Counted from the stretch's first letter, positions 15,162-25,542 are shown. The stretch is DNA of 29,588 nucleotides from a virus (IMGVR_UViG_3300009472_000016:1-29588); one strand, 5' to 3'. A program made the numbers and translations. Notes: generated by a model not told the origin, from the sequence alone.

Positions 15162-17047
15162 TGACGATTCCTTTGCATCTCACCCTCACGGGCCGCCCGC
15201 TGCTGCTGCACGCGCCCGTCGTGCCCGAAATGCAGTCGATGCTGGCGCAGGCCTATTCGGACCGCGCCGGACGGCTCGCTGACAGGGCCCACCGCCGCGG
15301 GGCGAACAAGCCGTCGCTGCTGAAATCTGTTTTCGGGATCGGGTCCGCCCTGCCGGATCCCGAAGACGTCGCCGCCAGCGCATACTCCGGTGACATCGCC
15401 GGGCTGGCGGCGACCCATCCCGCGGCGCGCCTGCCACTGGCGTCGCGACCCGCCACATCGATGGCGGAGCCCTATCTCGCCCAGATCACCATCCACGGCC
15501 CACTGCTCAACCGTGCCGAAATCCTCTGCGGCGAACTCTGTGTCGATGGCTATGACCGCATCACGGCGGATATCGAAGCCGCCATGGCCGATCCCGCTTG
15601 CCTCGGCATTTTCCTCGATATCGACAGCCCCGGCGGCATGGTCAATGGCTGCTTTGAACTCTCGGACCGGATCCGCGATTGGTCAGCGGACAAACCCATC
15701 GTCGCCTTCACCGACGGGCTCGCCTGTTCCGCCGCTTACGCCGTGGCCTGCGCCGCCACCGAACTGCACGGCGCGCTGACCGCCATGATCGGCTCGATCG
15801 GCGTCATTTATGGCCGTCTCGACACCTCCGCGCGCGACGCCGACAAAGGCCTCGCGACCCATTTCTTCACCACCGGCACCCGCAAAGCCTTCGGCCATCC
15901 CGAACTGGCGCTGGGTGAACAGGAACTGGCCGAAACCCAAGCCGAAATTGACAAGCTCGGGGCCATGTTCTTTGACCGCGTTGCAATCGCGCGCGGCCTC
16001 ACTGTCGATGCCGTGCGCGACCTTCAGGCCGGATATTTCCTGACCGATGACGCGATTGCCCACGGCCTCGCCGACAGCCAAATGACTCGCGCCGCCGCTT
16101 TGGCGCGTCTCGCCGATCTCGCCGCCACCCCACCAGCCTCTGCCGACAATGGCCCGCATGATGTGCCCGCCGATCCCGCGCCCGCTGATGCTGGGGCCGG
16201 CGGCGGGTCCAAACCCAAATCCGCTGTCCGACCGACAGCGCGCCGCCGTCCGGCAAAGCCGAACGGTTCCTCGCCAATTGATCCCCCGGATCAATCGGCT
16301 TCGTCACCCGCCGGAATGTCTCCGGTCATCACCTCGACAGCCAAGGAGACCCCAATGTCGATCAAAACCCTGCGTGCCCGCGCCTCTCTGTCCGCGCTGC
16401 TCTGTGCCTCTGCCGCGTCTATCGCCATGGCCGAAACCCCCGGCCTTGACCGCACGGCCCTGACCGCCGCCGTGGAAACGGAAACCGACGAAACCGTCGC
16501 CGCCATGGACGACGAAGACGTCGATGCCATGACAGACGACGAAGACACAGACGCGATGGAGGAAGAGGCCGAAGACGAAGACGAACCCGTCGAAGCGGCG
16601 TCGGATGAGGACATGGACGCCGCCGAGGATGATGAGTCAGAGGACGCCCCGTCCGCCCGCGTCGTGGCCACCCGCATCGCCCGCAAAGCGACAGCGGCGG
16701 TGACAGCGGGCACACAGGCGTCCGCGAAACCCAAACGGCGCAAAGCGGCCAAGGCGGCTAAAACTGACGCCATCGACCCCGCCACCGCCCAGGCGATCCA
16801 AGGCCTGAAAGAGGCCAATGGCCGCGAACAACAGGCCGCTGCCCTGTCCATCACCCCCGGCATGACGGTCGATAATGCCCAACGCATCCTCGCCGCCTCC
16901 GGCAAAGCCACCGGCAGTCGCCTCGCAGGCGTCCCCGACCCGAACATTGGCAGCTCGGGTAGCGGGAAACCGAAAGTCTCGGCTTTTGAACAGGCGCAGA
17001 TCGCCAGCGCGGCCTCCATGCACAAACGGGCCGGTCACGCCGCCTAG
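15161..17047 (+). CDS. S49 capsid maturation protease fused to a scaffold domain (gpC/Nu3-like)
   Basis: LDIDSPGG, ACSAAY, IGSIGV, F...VA.ARGL; acidic low-complexity C-terminal domain. Confidence 0.92.
   Translation: MTIPLHLTLTGRPLLLHAPVVPEMQSMLAQAYSDRAGRLADRAHRRGANKPSLLKSVFGIGSALPDPEDVAASAYSGDIAGLAATHPAARLPLASRPATSMAEPYLAQITIHGPLLNRAEILCGELCVDGYDRITADIEAAMADPACLGIFLDIDSPGGMVNGCFELSDRIRDWSADKPIVAFTDGLACSAAYAVACAATELHGALTAMIGSIGVIYGRLDTSARDADKGLATHFFTTGTRKAFGHPELALGEQELAETQAEIDKLGAMFFDRVAIARGLTVDAVRDLQAGYFLTDDAIAHGLADSQMTRAAALARLADLAATPPASADNGPHDVPADPAPADAGAGGGSKPKSAVRPTARRRPAKPNGSSPIDPPDQSASSPAGMSPVITSTAKETPMSIKTLRARASLSALLCASAASIAMAETPGLDRTALTAAVETETDETVAAMDDEDVDAMTDDEDTDAMEEEAEDEDEPVEAASDEDMDAAEDDESEDAPSARVVATRIARKATAAVTAGTQASAKPKRRKAAKAAKTDAIDPATAQAIQGLKEANGREQQAAALSITPGMTVDNAQRILAASGKATGSRLAGVPDPNIGSSGSGKPKVSAFEQAQIASAASMHKRAGHAA
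16355..17047 (+). CDS. Nested in-frame scaffolding protein (Nu3-like)
   Basis: Internal SD AAGGAG before an in-frame ATG at 16355, after a Pro-rich linker. Confidence 0.65.
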   Translation: MSIKTLRARASLSALLCASAASIAMAETPGLDRTALTAAVETETDETVAAMDDEDVDAMTDDEDTDAMEEEAEDEDEPVEAASDEDMDAAEDDESEDAPSARVVATRIARKATAAVTAGTQASAKPKRRKAAKAAKTDAIDPATAQAIQGLKEANGREQQAAALSITPGMTVDNAQRILAASGKATGSRLAGVPDPNIGSSGSGKPKVSAFEQAQIASAASMHKRAGHAA

Positions 17048-17093
17048 GCGACCCGCTCTCCATCACTCAGCCCCCTAGATACAGGACTCCATC

Positions 17094-17474
17094 ATGCAAA
17101 CCACGACAGGCACAACCCCGCGCGAATTAGGCGCGATGCTCAAATCCGATCCCAATCCTGAAATCAGCCGGGAAAATCGGACTTTCACCAATGGCGGCGC
17201 CAGCGTCGTCACGCTTCAACCCGGCACGATCATGACGGGCGGCGCGACTCCGGCCGTTTTTGACACAGGAACCCCCGCCGCCTTCACCGGCCTCTGCTTG
17301 ACGCATGTCGAGGTGCAGCCCGGCGCGACGGTCCCGATCAGCACGCTCGAAGGCGGGCCAGCCTTGGCCAACGCCAAGGAAATCGACTTCCCCGCAGATG
17401 CGGGTCAGACGACCACGCTCAAAACAGCGATGGTCGCTGCGGGCATCAAACTCGTCGACGGGCTGCCGGCTTAA
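17094..17474 (+). CDS. Head decoration protein (gpD-like)
   Basis: SRE..T...G motif and C-terminal GI; position just before the major capsid gene. Confidence 0.75.
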   Translation: MQTTTGTTPRELGAMLKSDPNPEISRENRTFTNGGASVVTLQPGTIMTGGATPAVFDTGTPAAFTGLCLTHVEVQPGATVPISTLEGGPALANAKEIDFPADAGQTTTLKTAMVAAGIKLVDGLPA

Positions 17475-17554
17475 CGGCCCCGTCCCTCAACCGCGATCCG
17501 ATTTGTCGGGTCGCACTCTTTTCATAGACCCGACACTTCCAAAAGGATCCTATC

Positions 17555-18601
17555 ATGCCCGCTACCCCAGCCCCTTTCTCAGTCACCACAATCGGCGCGG
17601 CGGTTAACCGCCTGCCGAACCTCTATTCCCGCGTCGGCGAACTTGGCGTCTTCGGCGCGCCGCGCGGCGTTCCGACAACCAATGTTACCGTTTTGCGCCG
17701 CAATAACCGCGTCACACTGCTGTCCTCCGTGTCTCGCCAAGGGCCGGGGCAGCGTCTGAACCGCGCGCGAGATTCTTTCGTGACGTTCGACGTGCCGACC
17801 TTCAAAACCGAAGACACACTCACCCCGTCCGACATTCAAGGCTTCACTGCCTTTCAACCTGGACCGGAACAGCTGCGCAGTATGGCGGAAGCCTATAATC
17901 GCCGTCTTTTGGAAACACGTCAGCCGCATGACGAAACCCATGAATTCCTGCGCATGTCCGCCCTCAAAGGTGTCGTGATGGATCCGGGCACGGGTGATGA
18001 AATGTATGATCTCTTCGATGAATTCGGCATCGCCAAGAAGATCATCTACTTTGATCTCGATAATGCCAACTCAGATATCTTTGCGAAGATCGAAGAGCTG
18101 GAAGATCATATTGCCACAAACCTCAATGGCGATGTGACGACAGGGCCGCGCGTTCTGGCGGCCGCTGACTTCGTTCGCAAAATTAAGCGCCATCCAAAAT
18201 ATGAAGTCTATCTCGAAGGCCACGCCGCGGCGCTCAATCAGATCGCAATGTCGCGGGCAACGGCGGGCAACCCCAATGCCCAGCGTCAGGTCATCCTCGA
18301 AAACACTATCTTCGAAAGCTACACCGGGCAGGGCGTCCGCGCCGATGGCTCGACGGTCGATTATATCGATGCGGGCAAGGGTCACGCTTTCCCCGAAGGG
18401 ACGATCAACACGTTCCAAGAATATGACGCCCCGCCTGAACGGATGAGCGCCGTCAATCTTGCGCCGACGCAATCCATCCATGTCTATGCCGAAGAGTTGT
18501 CGCGCGATCGCGGCGTCGAGATGGATGTGGAAAGCTGCAAAATCCCGCTCTGTAACCGTCCAGAAGTCTTGGTCGAAGTCCGCGCGGGCGCCGCGCCGTA
18601 A
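17555..18601 (+). CDS. Major capsid protein, lambda E family
   Basis: AVNRLPN, T.EFLRMSALKG, YDLFDEFGI, HAFPEGT, S..IPLC.RPEVLV. Confidence 0.93.
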   Translation: MPATPAPFSVTTIGAAVNRLPNLYSRVGELGVFGAPRGVPTTNVTVLRRNNRVTLLSSVSRQGPGQRLNRARDSFVTFDVPTFKTEDTLTPSDIQGFTAFQPGPEQLRSMAEAYNRRLLETRQPHDETHEFLRMSALKGVVMDPGTGDEMYDLFDEFGIAKKIIYFDLDNANSDIFAKIEELEDHIATNLNGDVTTGPRVLAAADFVRKIKRHPKYEVYLEGHAAALNQIAMSRATAGNPNAQRQVILENTIFESYTGQGVRADGSTVDYIDAGKGHAFPEGTINTFQEYDAPPERMSAVNLAPTQSIHVYAEELSRDRGVEMDVESCKIPLCNRPEVLVEVRAGAAP

Positions 18602-18625
18602 TCCGCCATCCGGCGACATTCGGTT

Positions 18626-18677
18626 AAACCCCGCCCGCTGTCCGCGTTACCTTCGCGCGGCGTGGGCGGGGTTTTTC
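18626..18677 (+). terminator. Terminator-like hairpin after the capsid gene
   Basis: AAACCCCGCCCGC...GTGGGCGGGGTTTTT. Confidence 0.65.
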
Positions 18678-18717
18678 AGACTGTCATCGCCCATCCCCCC
18701 TCCTGAAAGGAACCCCC

Positions 18718-19179
18718 ATGCAAACCGCTATCATCGACACCTGGTTCGATCCCGTCACCAACTTGCGCTACAAAGCAGGCATCACCTACAGCATGGATCA
18801 AGACGCGATTATCCGCGCCGCCGCAGCAGGCGCGACGAAGGACGATCACGCCATGGCTTTGTTGAAAGACGCAGGTGGAAAATCCGCCGTCAATAAGGCG
18901 CTCAAGGCCGCGTCTCAGGACGAGGTCACGGCTGCGAGCGAAAAGACCGCGTCCACCAAAGCCGCCGCGAAGCGCATCAAGACCCTCGAAGATCAGGTGG
19001 AAAGCCATGAGGCTGCTCTGACATCGGCGCGAGCAGAATTGTCGGACGCCGAAGCCAAGATCCAAACCTTCATCGACGGCTGGAATGACGGCGTGGATGA
19101 GGGGGCGCAGGCCGAAACGCTGGCCGACTGCCTCGCGGCGGTGCAGCTTATGAAAGAACAGGCGGCGGCGGGCGAATAA
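18718..19179 (+). CDS. Coiled-coil hypothetical protein (gpFI position)
   Basis: SD AAAGGA; Ala/Glu/Lys-rich helix; synteny. Confidence 0.65.
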   Translation: MQTAIIDTWFDPVTNLRYKAGITYSMDQDAIIRAAAAGATKDDHAMALLKDAGGKSAVNKALKAASQDEVTAASEKTASTKAAAKRIKTLEDQVESHEAALTSARAELSDAEAKIQTFIDGWNDGVDEGAQAETLADCLAAVQLMKEQAAAGE

Positions 19180-19213
19180 AGCGCCCCCCGGTTTCCTTCG
19201 GTCCCTTCCGGCC

Positions 19214-19606
19214 ATGTCCACCCCCACCGCTCGCGACCGCGCCGTCGCCCGCCACCTCGGCGTGCTCTACGGACACAGCGGTATCAAAGCCGATCTGATC
19301 CAATCAGATCTAACCACGACCCGCCTCACTGTGATCATGCGCGTGTCAGAGGCGGAAGAGGGGGTGGACGGCGCGGCCTTTGAGGCCCGGATCAAGGGCT
19401 ATGGCTGCCAGATCCAGACGACGGACCTGACCGGCCTGACAGCGCCGTTCACGGGGTCGCGGCTGGAATTGGCGGATGACCGGACCTTCGATGGCCATAC
19501 CGCCTTTGACGTCGATGCCGATCCGCTGTCCTTCGGGCGCGGCGGGCATCAGCGCCTGCTCAAACTCTCCGCCGCGCCGGACGTCGCGGACGCGGACCTC
19601 GTCTGA
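19214..19606 (+). CDS. Head-tail connector (gpFII-like)
   Basis: Size, beta-rich pattern and synteny. Confidence 0.55.
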   Translation: MSTPTARDRAVARHLGVLYGHSGIKADLIQSDLTTTRLTVIMRVSEAEEGVDGAAFEARIKGYGCQIQTTDLTGLTAPFTGSRLELADDRTFDGHTAFDVDADPLSFGRGGHQRLLKLSAAPDVADADLV

Positions 19607-19608
19607 TC

Positions 19609-20316
19609 ATGACTGATTTTGACCTCGCCATTCGCGGCGATCTGCAAAAGACATTCGCCTCCCGCACCAATGCCTACATCTCGGGCTTGGCGGGTGGATC
19701 AAAGGTCACGGCAGATCAGACGAAGATGGAACTGCGTCGCGACGTGATGCAGTCTGGCCTCGGCAAACGGATTGCTTTCACCATGCGGGCCGATGTCCAT
19801 CCAAAGGGTGGACGATCCTACGAACCCAGTGTGCTCATCTATTCAAAGGCCCCGAAGATTGCCTCGGGTCATGCGGATGGCGCGACGGTTCGCCCGCAGT
19901 TTTCGGAATTCTTACCCATTCCCATCACGGGCAGCCCCGCCGAAAACCTGCGCGGGCGGATGGGGGAAACAAAGATCGAAGCCTTCTGGCGACGGTTTGG
20001 CAATGACAGCCTGCGGCTCACGCGAACGGCCAAAGGGCAATATCTGATGGTCGCCCGTCTGCGGCGCTCAGAAGCCGGTAATCTTTCAAAGGTGAAATCC
20101 CTCAAACCGCTTAAGCGCCGACAGGGTCCGCGGATCAATAAAGGCGAATTTGTCGATGTGCCGGTCTTCACCCTCATCAAATCCCACAAAGCCCGCCGCC
20201 GTCTCGACAGCCGTAAAATTCTCGCTAAGGCCGCGCGCCGACATCCCGCCCGTTTGGCCTTCCACATCCAACAGGAAATGGCCCTCTCCGAACGCGACAC
20301 GGCGGTGCGGGTATGA
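19609..20316 (+). CDS. Basic tail-completion protein (DUF6441 / gpZ-like)
   Basis: K.ELR..V..SGLG.R, VLIYSKAPKI, GATVRP...FLPIP, VPVFTL. Confidence 0.7.
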   Translation: MTDFDLAIRGDLQKTFASRTNAYISGLAGGSKVTADQTKMELRRDVMQSGLGKRIAFTMRADVHPKGGRSYEPSVLIYSKAPKIASGHADGATVRPQFSEFLPIPITGSPAENLRGRMGETKIEAFWRRFGNDSLRLTRTAKGQYLMVARLRRSEAGNLSKVKSLKPLKRRQGPRINKGEFVDVPVFTLIKSHKARRRLDSRKILAKAARRHPARLAFHIQQEMALSERDTAVRV

Positions 20317-20876
20317 CCGACACACCCGCATCCGCCATTGCCTACACCGGCGCGAACCACACGCGCCGCGCGGCCAAAGCGGCGCTCGCGGCGCTCCTGT
20401 CATCCCATGATTTCGGCGGCCGTGCCGATGTGCGCGCGGCCTACGCCCCCGACAGTGCGGACTGGCCGGGCGTCAAGGCTGCGCCGCTCGTCTTGGGCGT
20501 CAAGATCGACAATCCGATTGATGAACGCTGGGACGGCGAAACCACGATTGAAACACGGCTCGCCGTCTTGTCCGAAAAACTGTCCGGTGAGGCCTATCTC
20601 GGCGGCACGGGCGCCGAAGTCTTCCCCGCCTTCGTCATTGACTGGTCGGTCGTGACGTCCGGCACGCTGACCGATTGGTGCGCCCCCGTGTTCGACCATG
20701 TTCTGAGCCAGATCGGGGCCATTCTGACTGCCGCGCAGCGCAATCCCGATCCCGCCTTCCTCGATCTGTCGGTCGGTGAGGTGGAGCTGATGCAATTTGA
20801 CCTCGGCGACCGCGCGGCCCTGTCCGCCTCCATCCCCGTCGATCTCATCCTCGACGCCCAGACCCTGTTCGCCTGA
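20313..20876 (+). CDS. Putative tail terminator (gpU position)
   Basis: Acidic protein of about 190 aa upstream of the tail tube gene; coupled start. Confidence 0.55.
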   Translation: MTDTPASAIAYTGANHTRRAAKAALAALLSSHDFGGRADVRAAYAPDSADWPGVKAAPLVLGVKIDNPIDERWDGETTIETRLAVLSEKLSGEAYLGGTGAEVFPAFVIDWSVVTSGTLTDWCAPVFDHVLSQIGAILTAAQRNPDPAFLDLSVGEVELMQFDLGDRAALSASIPVDLILDAQTLFA

Positions 20877-20907
20877 CCTGCCCCCTGACCTGAAAGGACC
20901 ACCCCCG

Positions 20908-21066
20908 ATGCCTGACAAAAAAACACCCACCCCAAAGGTCGTCAAACCTGTCGATTTCGTCTTTCCGGATGGCGTGATCCGCCGCGTCAAACCCGGCGAT
21001 GCCCCGGAAGGGGCCCGCCGCGCCACGACCCGTGACCGCGCCATCGCGGGCTTTCCGACCCGCTAA
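20908..21066 (+). CDS. Small hypothetical protein (52 aa)
   Basis: SD GAAAGGA before the ATG at 20908; fills the gap before the tail tube gene. Confidence 0.6.
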   Translation: MPDKKTPTPKVVKPVDFVFPDGVIRRVKPGDAPEGARRATTRDRAIAGFPTR

Positions 21067-21105
21067 CGCGCCCCTTCTCTTCGCCTGTTTTAAAAGGACC
21101 CTCCC

Positions 21106-22098
21106 ATGCCCATCACCGATGCTGACCTGACCCCCCGTTTCCCGCGCGACCCGGAAACGGCGTTTTTCTTGGCCCCGCAGGCCGCCTTCGGCACGCCGAC
21201 TTACACCGGCCTGCAGGCGCTCCACTTCACCGACTTCGACCCACAAAAACCCCGCGATCCGATTCAAGAACGCGAATATGGCGGCGCGGATGTGGACGGC
21301 GCGATCGATCAGGGGGAGGTCGTGTTCGGCGACATCACCGTCACCCCGCCGCTCAAAACCAATCTCTGTCTCAATGAAATCGGCTTCTGGCTCGCCTATC
21401 TGCTCGGCGCGCCGACCAGCACCGATCTGACGGGCGGGCGGTACCAGCATGTCTTCACCTCCGGCAAATCCCAACTGCCAATCGGCACGCTGTTGTTGCA
21501 GGACCCGGAAGGCGCGCGCGTGATCGACAGCTGCGTCGTCGGCAGCCTCGCGCTGGCGATCGCCCAAGGCGGTGGCCGACAGGTCTGTGACTTCACCACT
21601 GTCGCCCGCGACATGGTGCAGGTCCCGACCGCGACCATCACGGCGGGCGTCGCTGCGGCGACCGCCCCGCCGACGCGTCTGTTCGTGCCGCAAAAGGCCT
21701 GGACCGTGGCGATGGACGGCACCAATGTCGGGCGGCTGCTCTCGGCCACGCTCAACTATTCCGCCGATATCGGCACGGACCGTTATGTCGATGGCGGCGA
21801 CGCGATCGGCGCGTCCTACGTCGGCGACCCCACAGCCTCGCTGCAGGTCAGCCTGCGCCACGTCAATGAAGCGCAACGCGCCCTGTTCGACAATGAAAAC
21901 ACGGCCAAGGCCCTGACCCTGACCGGCACGGCGGCGGGCAATCATTCCATCGCGATCAGCCTGCCGCAGGCGAAAATCCCGCCCGTCTATTCCGCCAAAG
22001 ATGACAAGCTTCGCTCACTGTCGCTGACCGCCACGGCGGAACGCAACAACGGGTCGGCCATGACTATCACCCTCATCAATTCGCTGGCCAGCTACTAA
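21106..22098 (+). CDS. Tail tube (major tail) protein
   Basis: IGFWL..LLGAP, YQHVFTSG...LP, I.LP, ITLIN..ASY C-terminus. Confidence 0.85.
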   Translation: MPITDADLTPRFPRDPETAFFLAPQAAFGTPTYTGLQALHFTDFDPQKPRDPIQEREYGGADVDGAIDQGEVVFGDITVTPPLKTNLCLNEIGFWLAYLLGAPTSTDLTGGRYQHVFTSGKSQLPIGTLLLQDPEGARVIDSCVVGSLALAIAQGGGRQVCDFTTVARDMVQVPTATITAGVAAATAPPTRLFVPQKAWTVAMDGTNVGRLLSATLNYSADIGTDRYVDGGDAIGASYVGDPTASLQVSLRHVNEAQRALFDNENTAKALTLTGTAAGNHSIAISLPQAKIPPVYSAKDDKLRSLSLTATAERNNGSAMTITLINSLASY

Positions 22099-22589
22099 TG
22101 GCTGTACGATTGACATCGGCAGGGCCGGCGGTCCTAACAATTGGGAAGGGGCCGGAAGCGGGTAAGCTGACATTTGCGCGTGCGACCTCCATGGACCGTG
22201 ACGTCGCCCGTGAAACGGCGGCGGGCTGGTTCGTCCAAATCATTGGCGCAGAGGCTGTGGCCAACGATTTTGGCATGGCGGAAATGGGTTTGTCAGAGAT
22301 CATCGCCCGCGTCGCAAATGGTGAACGGGATCTGCGGGCTTTCTCAACTGCCCTTTTCGCCGTGGCTCTTGCTTTGCGCCTCTCACCGACGGTTGAAGGT
22401 GTCGAAAATGGGGATATCGACCCGCCCCGCCTGATTTCCGTAACTCGCGCGGATCTGGCGTGGTTGTTCCGGCAAAAGGATTATCAGGACGACTTCCTCG
22501 AGCTGGCATTGGCGGACGTGTTTACGGTGGAAACGCTGGGAAAGCCATCCGGGGCCGGATCCGACACGAACTCGGCACCGGCCCCCTAG
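22098..22589 (+). CDS. Tail assembly chaperone (gpG-like)
   Basis: Between the tube and tape measure genes; has a G GGA AAG slippery site near its end. Confidence 0.8.
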   Translation: MAVRLTSAGPAVLTIGKGPEAGKLTFARATSMDRDVARETAAGWFVQIIGAEAVANDFGMAEMGLSEIIARVANGERDLRAFSTALFAVALALRLSPTVEGVENGDIDPPRLISVTRADLAWLFRQKDYQDDFLELALADVFTVETLGKPSGAGSDTNSAPAP

Positions 22590-22918
22590 ACTGTGACGGC
22601 TGCGTCGACATTGGTGCGCCCTGCGCCACGGGTGGCCTCTGCGCCGATGGGCGCTCGCGCTGTCCGCGCTTTGACTGGCCGCTCGCGGATGATCTGGGCC
22701 GCGCAGCGCTCGCCATTGCCGACCGTCGCGGCTGCTGGACGTTCCAGTCAATCCCCATGGGCGCGCCGATGCGCTGGTCGCTCAACCGCACCGAAGCCCG
22801 GCAGCAGCTCTCCGACTGGATTGACCCCGACACGCCCAGCTGGGCGGTCAATGCCCTGCTCGACGCCATTGAACAGGGCGGACTCATGGGCGCGGCGGAT
22901 CTCTCGAAAGGGCAATAA
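22538..22918 (+). CDS. -1 frameshift extension of the chaperone (gpT-like; gpGT spans 22098..22918)
   Basis: -1 frame is open from GGGAAAG (22538-22544) to a stop overlapping the tape measure ATG. Confidence 0.78.
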   Translation, partial: GKAIRGRIRHELGTGPLDCDGCVDIGAPCATGGLCADGRSRCPRFDWPLADDLGRAALAIADRRGCWTFQSIPMGAPMRWSLNRTEARQQLSDWIDPDTPSWAVNALLDAIEQGGLMGAADLSKGQ

Positions 22919-25542
22919 TGTCGCGTAACCAAGCCGATATGGTCCTGCGCCTCGTCGCCAAAGACGAAGGCGTGCGCGCCGCGCTGGAAGGCGCGGGTAA
23001 GGCTGGCAAAAAAGCCCTGCGCGATATTGACCGCGCCGCGAAAGGGGCCAAGCCCGGCCTGAAAGCCGTCGACAATGTCATGGGGGACGTCAAGCGTAGC
23101 GCCGACGACATGCTCGGTCGCCTCGGACCCGTCGGCTCGGCCCTCAAAGGGATCGGGCCGGTTGGCATCGTGGCGGGTGCCGGCTTTGCCGCGACCGTCC
23201 TCGGCCTGCAACAAATGTCAGCCGCAGGTGAGCAATTCATCATGACGGCGGCGGAAATGGGCCGCACGGCAGAGCAGCTGGAACTCGACCCGGAACAGTT
23301 CCAAGCCCTCCGCCTCGAAATGGAACGCCTCGGCGTCGCGACAAACTCGACCGACGCGGCCTTTGCCACGGCGCAAAAGACGCTGTCAGAGGCCACGCTT
23401 GGCACGGGGGAGTTTTATTCTGCTGTGAGGCAGATTAACCCTGAATTGGTCGAACAGGTGCGCCTCGCGACCACCACATCCCAACGGATCGATCTCATCC
23501 GCGATGCCTATCGCAATGCGGGCACAGAAGCGGAACGCAACACGATCTTGGTCCGAACATTTGGCGACGGCAATATCGCGGCGGGTCGTGAAATTTTGAT
23601 GATGAAGGGATCAATCGAAGACACCACCGCCGCCTACAAGGCGCAAGGCTTGATCATTTCCGGCGACCTGCTGCCAAAATATGAACAGATGGCGCAGGAC
23701 ATCACAGCCAATAGTCAAAAGGCCGAGGCTGCGGCCCTGCGTCTGACGGCGCGCCTGTCTGATCTCGGCCTCTCAGGGTCCCAGCTGAAGGCGCGGGCGT
23801 CCGAATTTCTGGTCGGGCTGTTCCCACCCGAAGGATTGGACGACGAAATCATCACACTCACCCAAAAGGTCAACCGCCTGAATGAAGCGGCGGAAGGTTT
23901 CGGCGGCGATTCGGTGTTTCTCGGCAACTTTACGGCGCGCGCCCAAGCGGCTCAGGGTGAGCTGGATGCCCTGATCAAAAAGCGCGAGCGGCTTGCCGCG
24001 GCCGACGCGGCGGTCGGGGCGCAGTTCGGCCTCGGCGGATCCCAATCCGTCTTGGATCCAACACCTGCCGCTGATCCCGCCACACCGCGCGGCCCCACAG
24101 AAGCGGAGCGCACGGCCGCCCAAAATGAACTCAACGCGGCCCGCCAACGCGCCGCGCAGGTCTTGGCGACGCTGGGCAATATCTCCGGCCTCGTCGCGCA
24201 AAAGGAACGCGAGCTGAATGATCTGGTCGCCCGTGGCACCCTCGACCGCGCCGACGCGGACGCCGCCCTGAAAAAATACACCGACACCGTGCGCGCCCAG
24301 ACCGACGCCGGCCGCGCGCAGGTCGTGATCGAACAACGCGCCGCCGAGGTCGGCCTGTCGCTGATGACCCAGACCGAGCAAATGCAGGCCAAGCTCAATG
24401 CGCGGGCGCTGGAACTCAAAGCCGCGCAAGACGCGGGCGCGCTGTCCAATGATCAGGTCCGGGCCGCGCTCGCGGCCTATCGGGATGAATTGCTCGGCGT
24501 TGATGATGCCAAGCGGCAGTTGAATTCCGCGCTGCTGGACACGCTCGACCCGATGGCGCGCTATAATCAGGAACTGGCCGAGCTGAACCGCCTGCAGGAA
24601 CTGGGCAAACTCTCGGACGGGGACTTCGCCAAAATCCTCGCCAATCGCAAAAAAGCCCTGACCGATGAATTGGAACGCGACAGCTTTGGGGAGACATTGG
24701 ACGCGGCAGAGACGCGCATTCGCGAAGCGGCGATGGGCGCGGAAGCCGTCATTCAAGCCAAGATCGATGCGGAAAAGGCGATTATCGAAGCGCTGGGCGA
24801 CCGCCTGTCCGATGATGAAGCGGCGACCTATCTTGAAAAATATGAAAAAGGACTGCGCGAAGCCTCGGCTGCGGGCCGTGAATTCGAAGGCGTCAATTCG
24901 CTGATCCAAGACGCGCTGCGCGGCAATATCAAATCCTTTGAAGATTTCGGGGAGGCGGCTTTGTCGATCCTCGGCGACGTGATTTCAAAAGCCCTCGAAG
25001 GCTCGGACGCTCTCGGCGGGATTTTTGGCAGCGGGGGGTTCGGCGACGCCATTGGCTCCGTTCTCGCAGGCGTCTTCCACGATGGCACACACAGCCCGTC
25101 GCGCCCCAAACGCACACGGCAGCTGGGGGCCGGATCCCGTCTTGGGCGCGACGAAACCATTGCCGTCGTCCGCCGGCAGGAACGGATCTTCTCGGAAAGC
25201 GATAACCGCGACCTGATCCGCGCCATCCGCTCCCCCGTCGAAGCCCGGATTGACATGCCGCCCGCTGCGCCCATGCCCGTCATCGACATGTCGGCCCTGT
25301 TCGCGTCCGCGCCTGCGGGCCCGTCCGCGCCGCAGGTCCATGTTGAAATCATCAACGCGTCGGGGGAACCCGTGAAACGCGAAGAAAGCACCGACGCGCA
25401 GGGCAATCGCCAGCTCCGCATCATGATTGGCAATATGGTGAACCAACAGATCGACGGCTATTTTTCCGGCCCGCGCGGCGATCGTCGGCTGAAGGATCGC
25501 TACGGCCTTCTTCCGACCACGACGGGCCGACGGAACAGCTAG
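22918..25542 (+). CDS. Tail tape measure protein
   Basis: 874-aa Ala-rich helical protein; C-terminal FHDG...DETIAVV..QERI and V.IIN.SG motifs. Confidence 0.9.
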   Translation: MSRNQADMVLRLVAKDEGVRAALEGAGKAGKKALRDIDRAAKGAKPGLKAVDNVMGDVKRSADDMLGRLGPVGSALKGIGPVGIVAGAGFAATVLGLQQMSAAGEQFIMTAAEMGRTAEQLELDPEQFQALRLEMERLGVATNSTDAAFATAQKTLSEATLGTGEFYSAVRQINPELVEQVRLATTTSQRIDLIRDAYRNAGTEAERNTILVRTFGDGNIAAGREILMMKGSIEDTTAAYKAQGLIISGDLLPKYEQMAQDITANSQKAEAAALRLTARLSDLGLSGSQLKARASEFLVGLFPPEGLDDEIITLTQKVNRLNEAAEGFGGDSVFLGNFTARAQAAQGELDALIKKRERLAAADAAVGAQFGLGGSQSVLDPTPAADPATPRGPTEAERTAAQNELNAARQRAAQVLATLGNISGLVAQKERELNDLVARGTLDRADADAALKKYTDTVRAQTDAGRAQVVIEQRAAEVGLSLMTQTEQMQAKLNARALELKAAQDAGALSNDQVRAALAAYRDELLGVDDAKRQLNSALLDTLDPMARYNQELAELNRLQELGKLSDGDFAKILANRKKALTDELERDSFGETLDAAETRIREAAMGAEAVIQAKIDAEKAIIEALGDRLSDDEAATYLEKYEKGLREASAAGREFEGVNSLIQDALRGNIKSFEDFGEAALSILGDVISKALEGSDALGGIFGSGGFGDAIGSVLAGVFHDGTHSPSRPKRTRQLGAGSRLGRDETIAVVRRQERIFSESDNRDLIRAIRSPVEARIDMPPAAPMPVIDMSALFASAPAGPSAPQVHVEIINASGEPVKREESTDAQGNRQLRIMIGNMVNQQIDGYFSGPRGDRRLKDRYGLLPTTTGRRNS

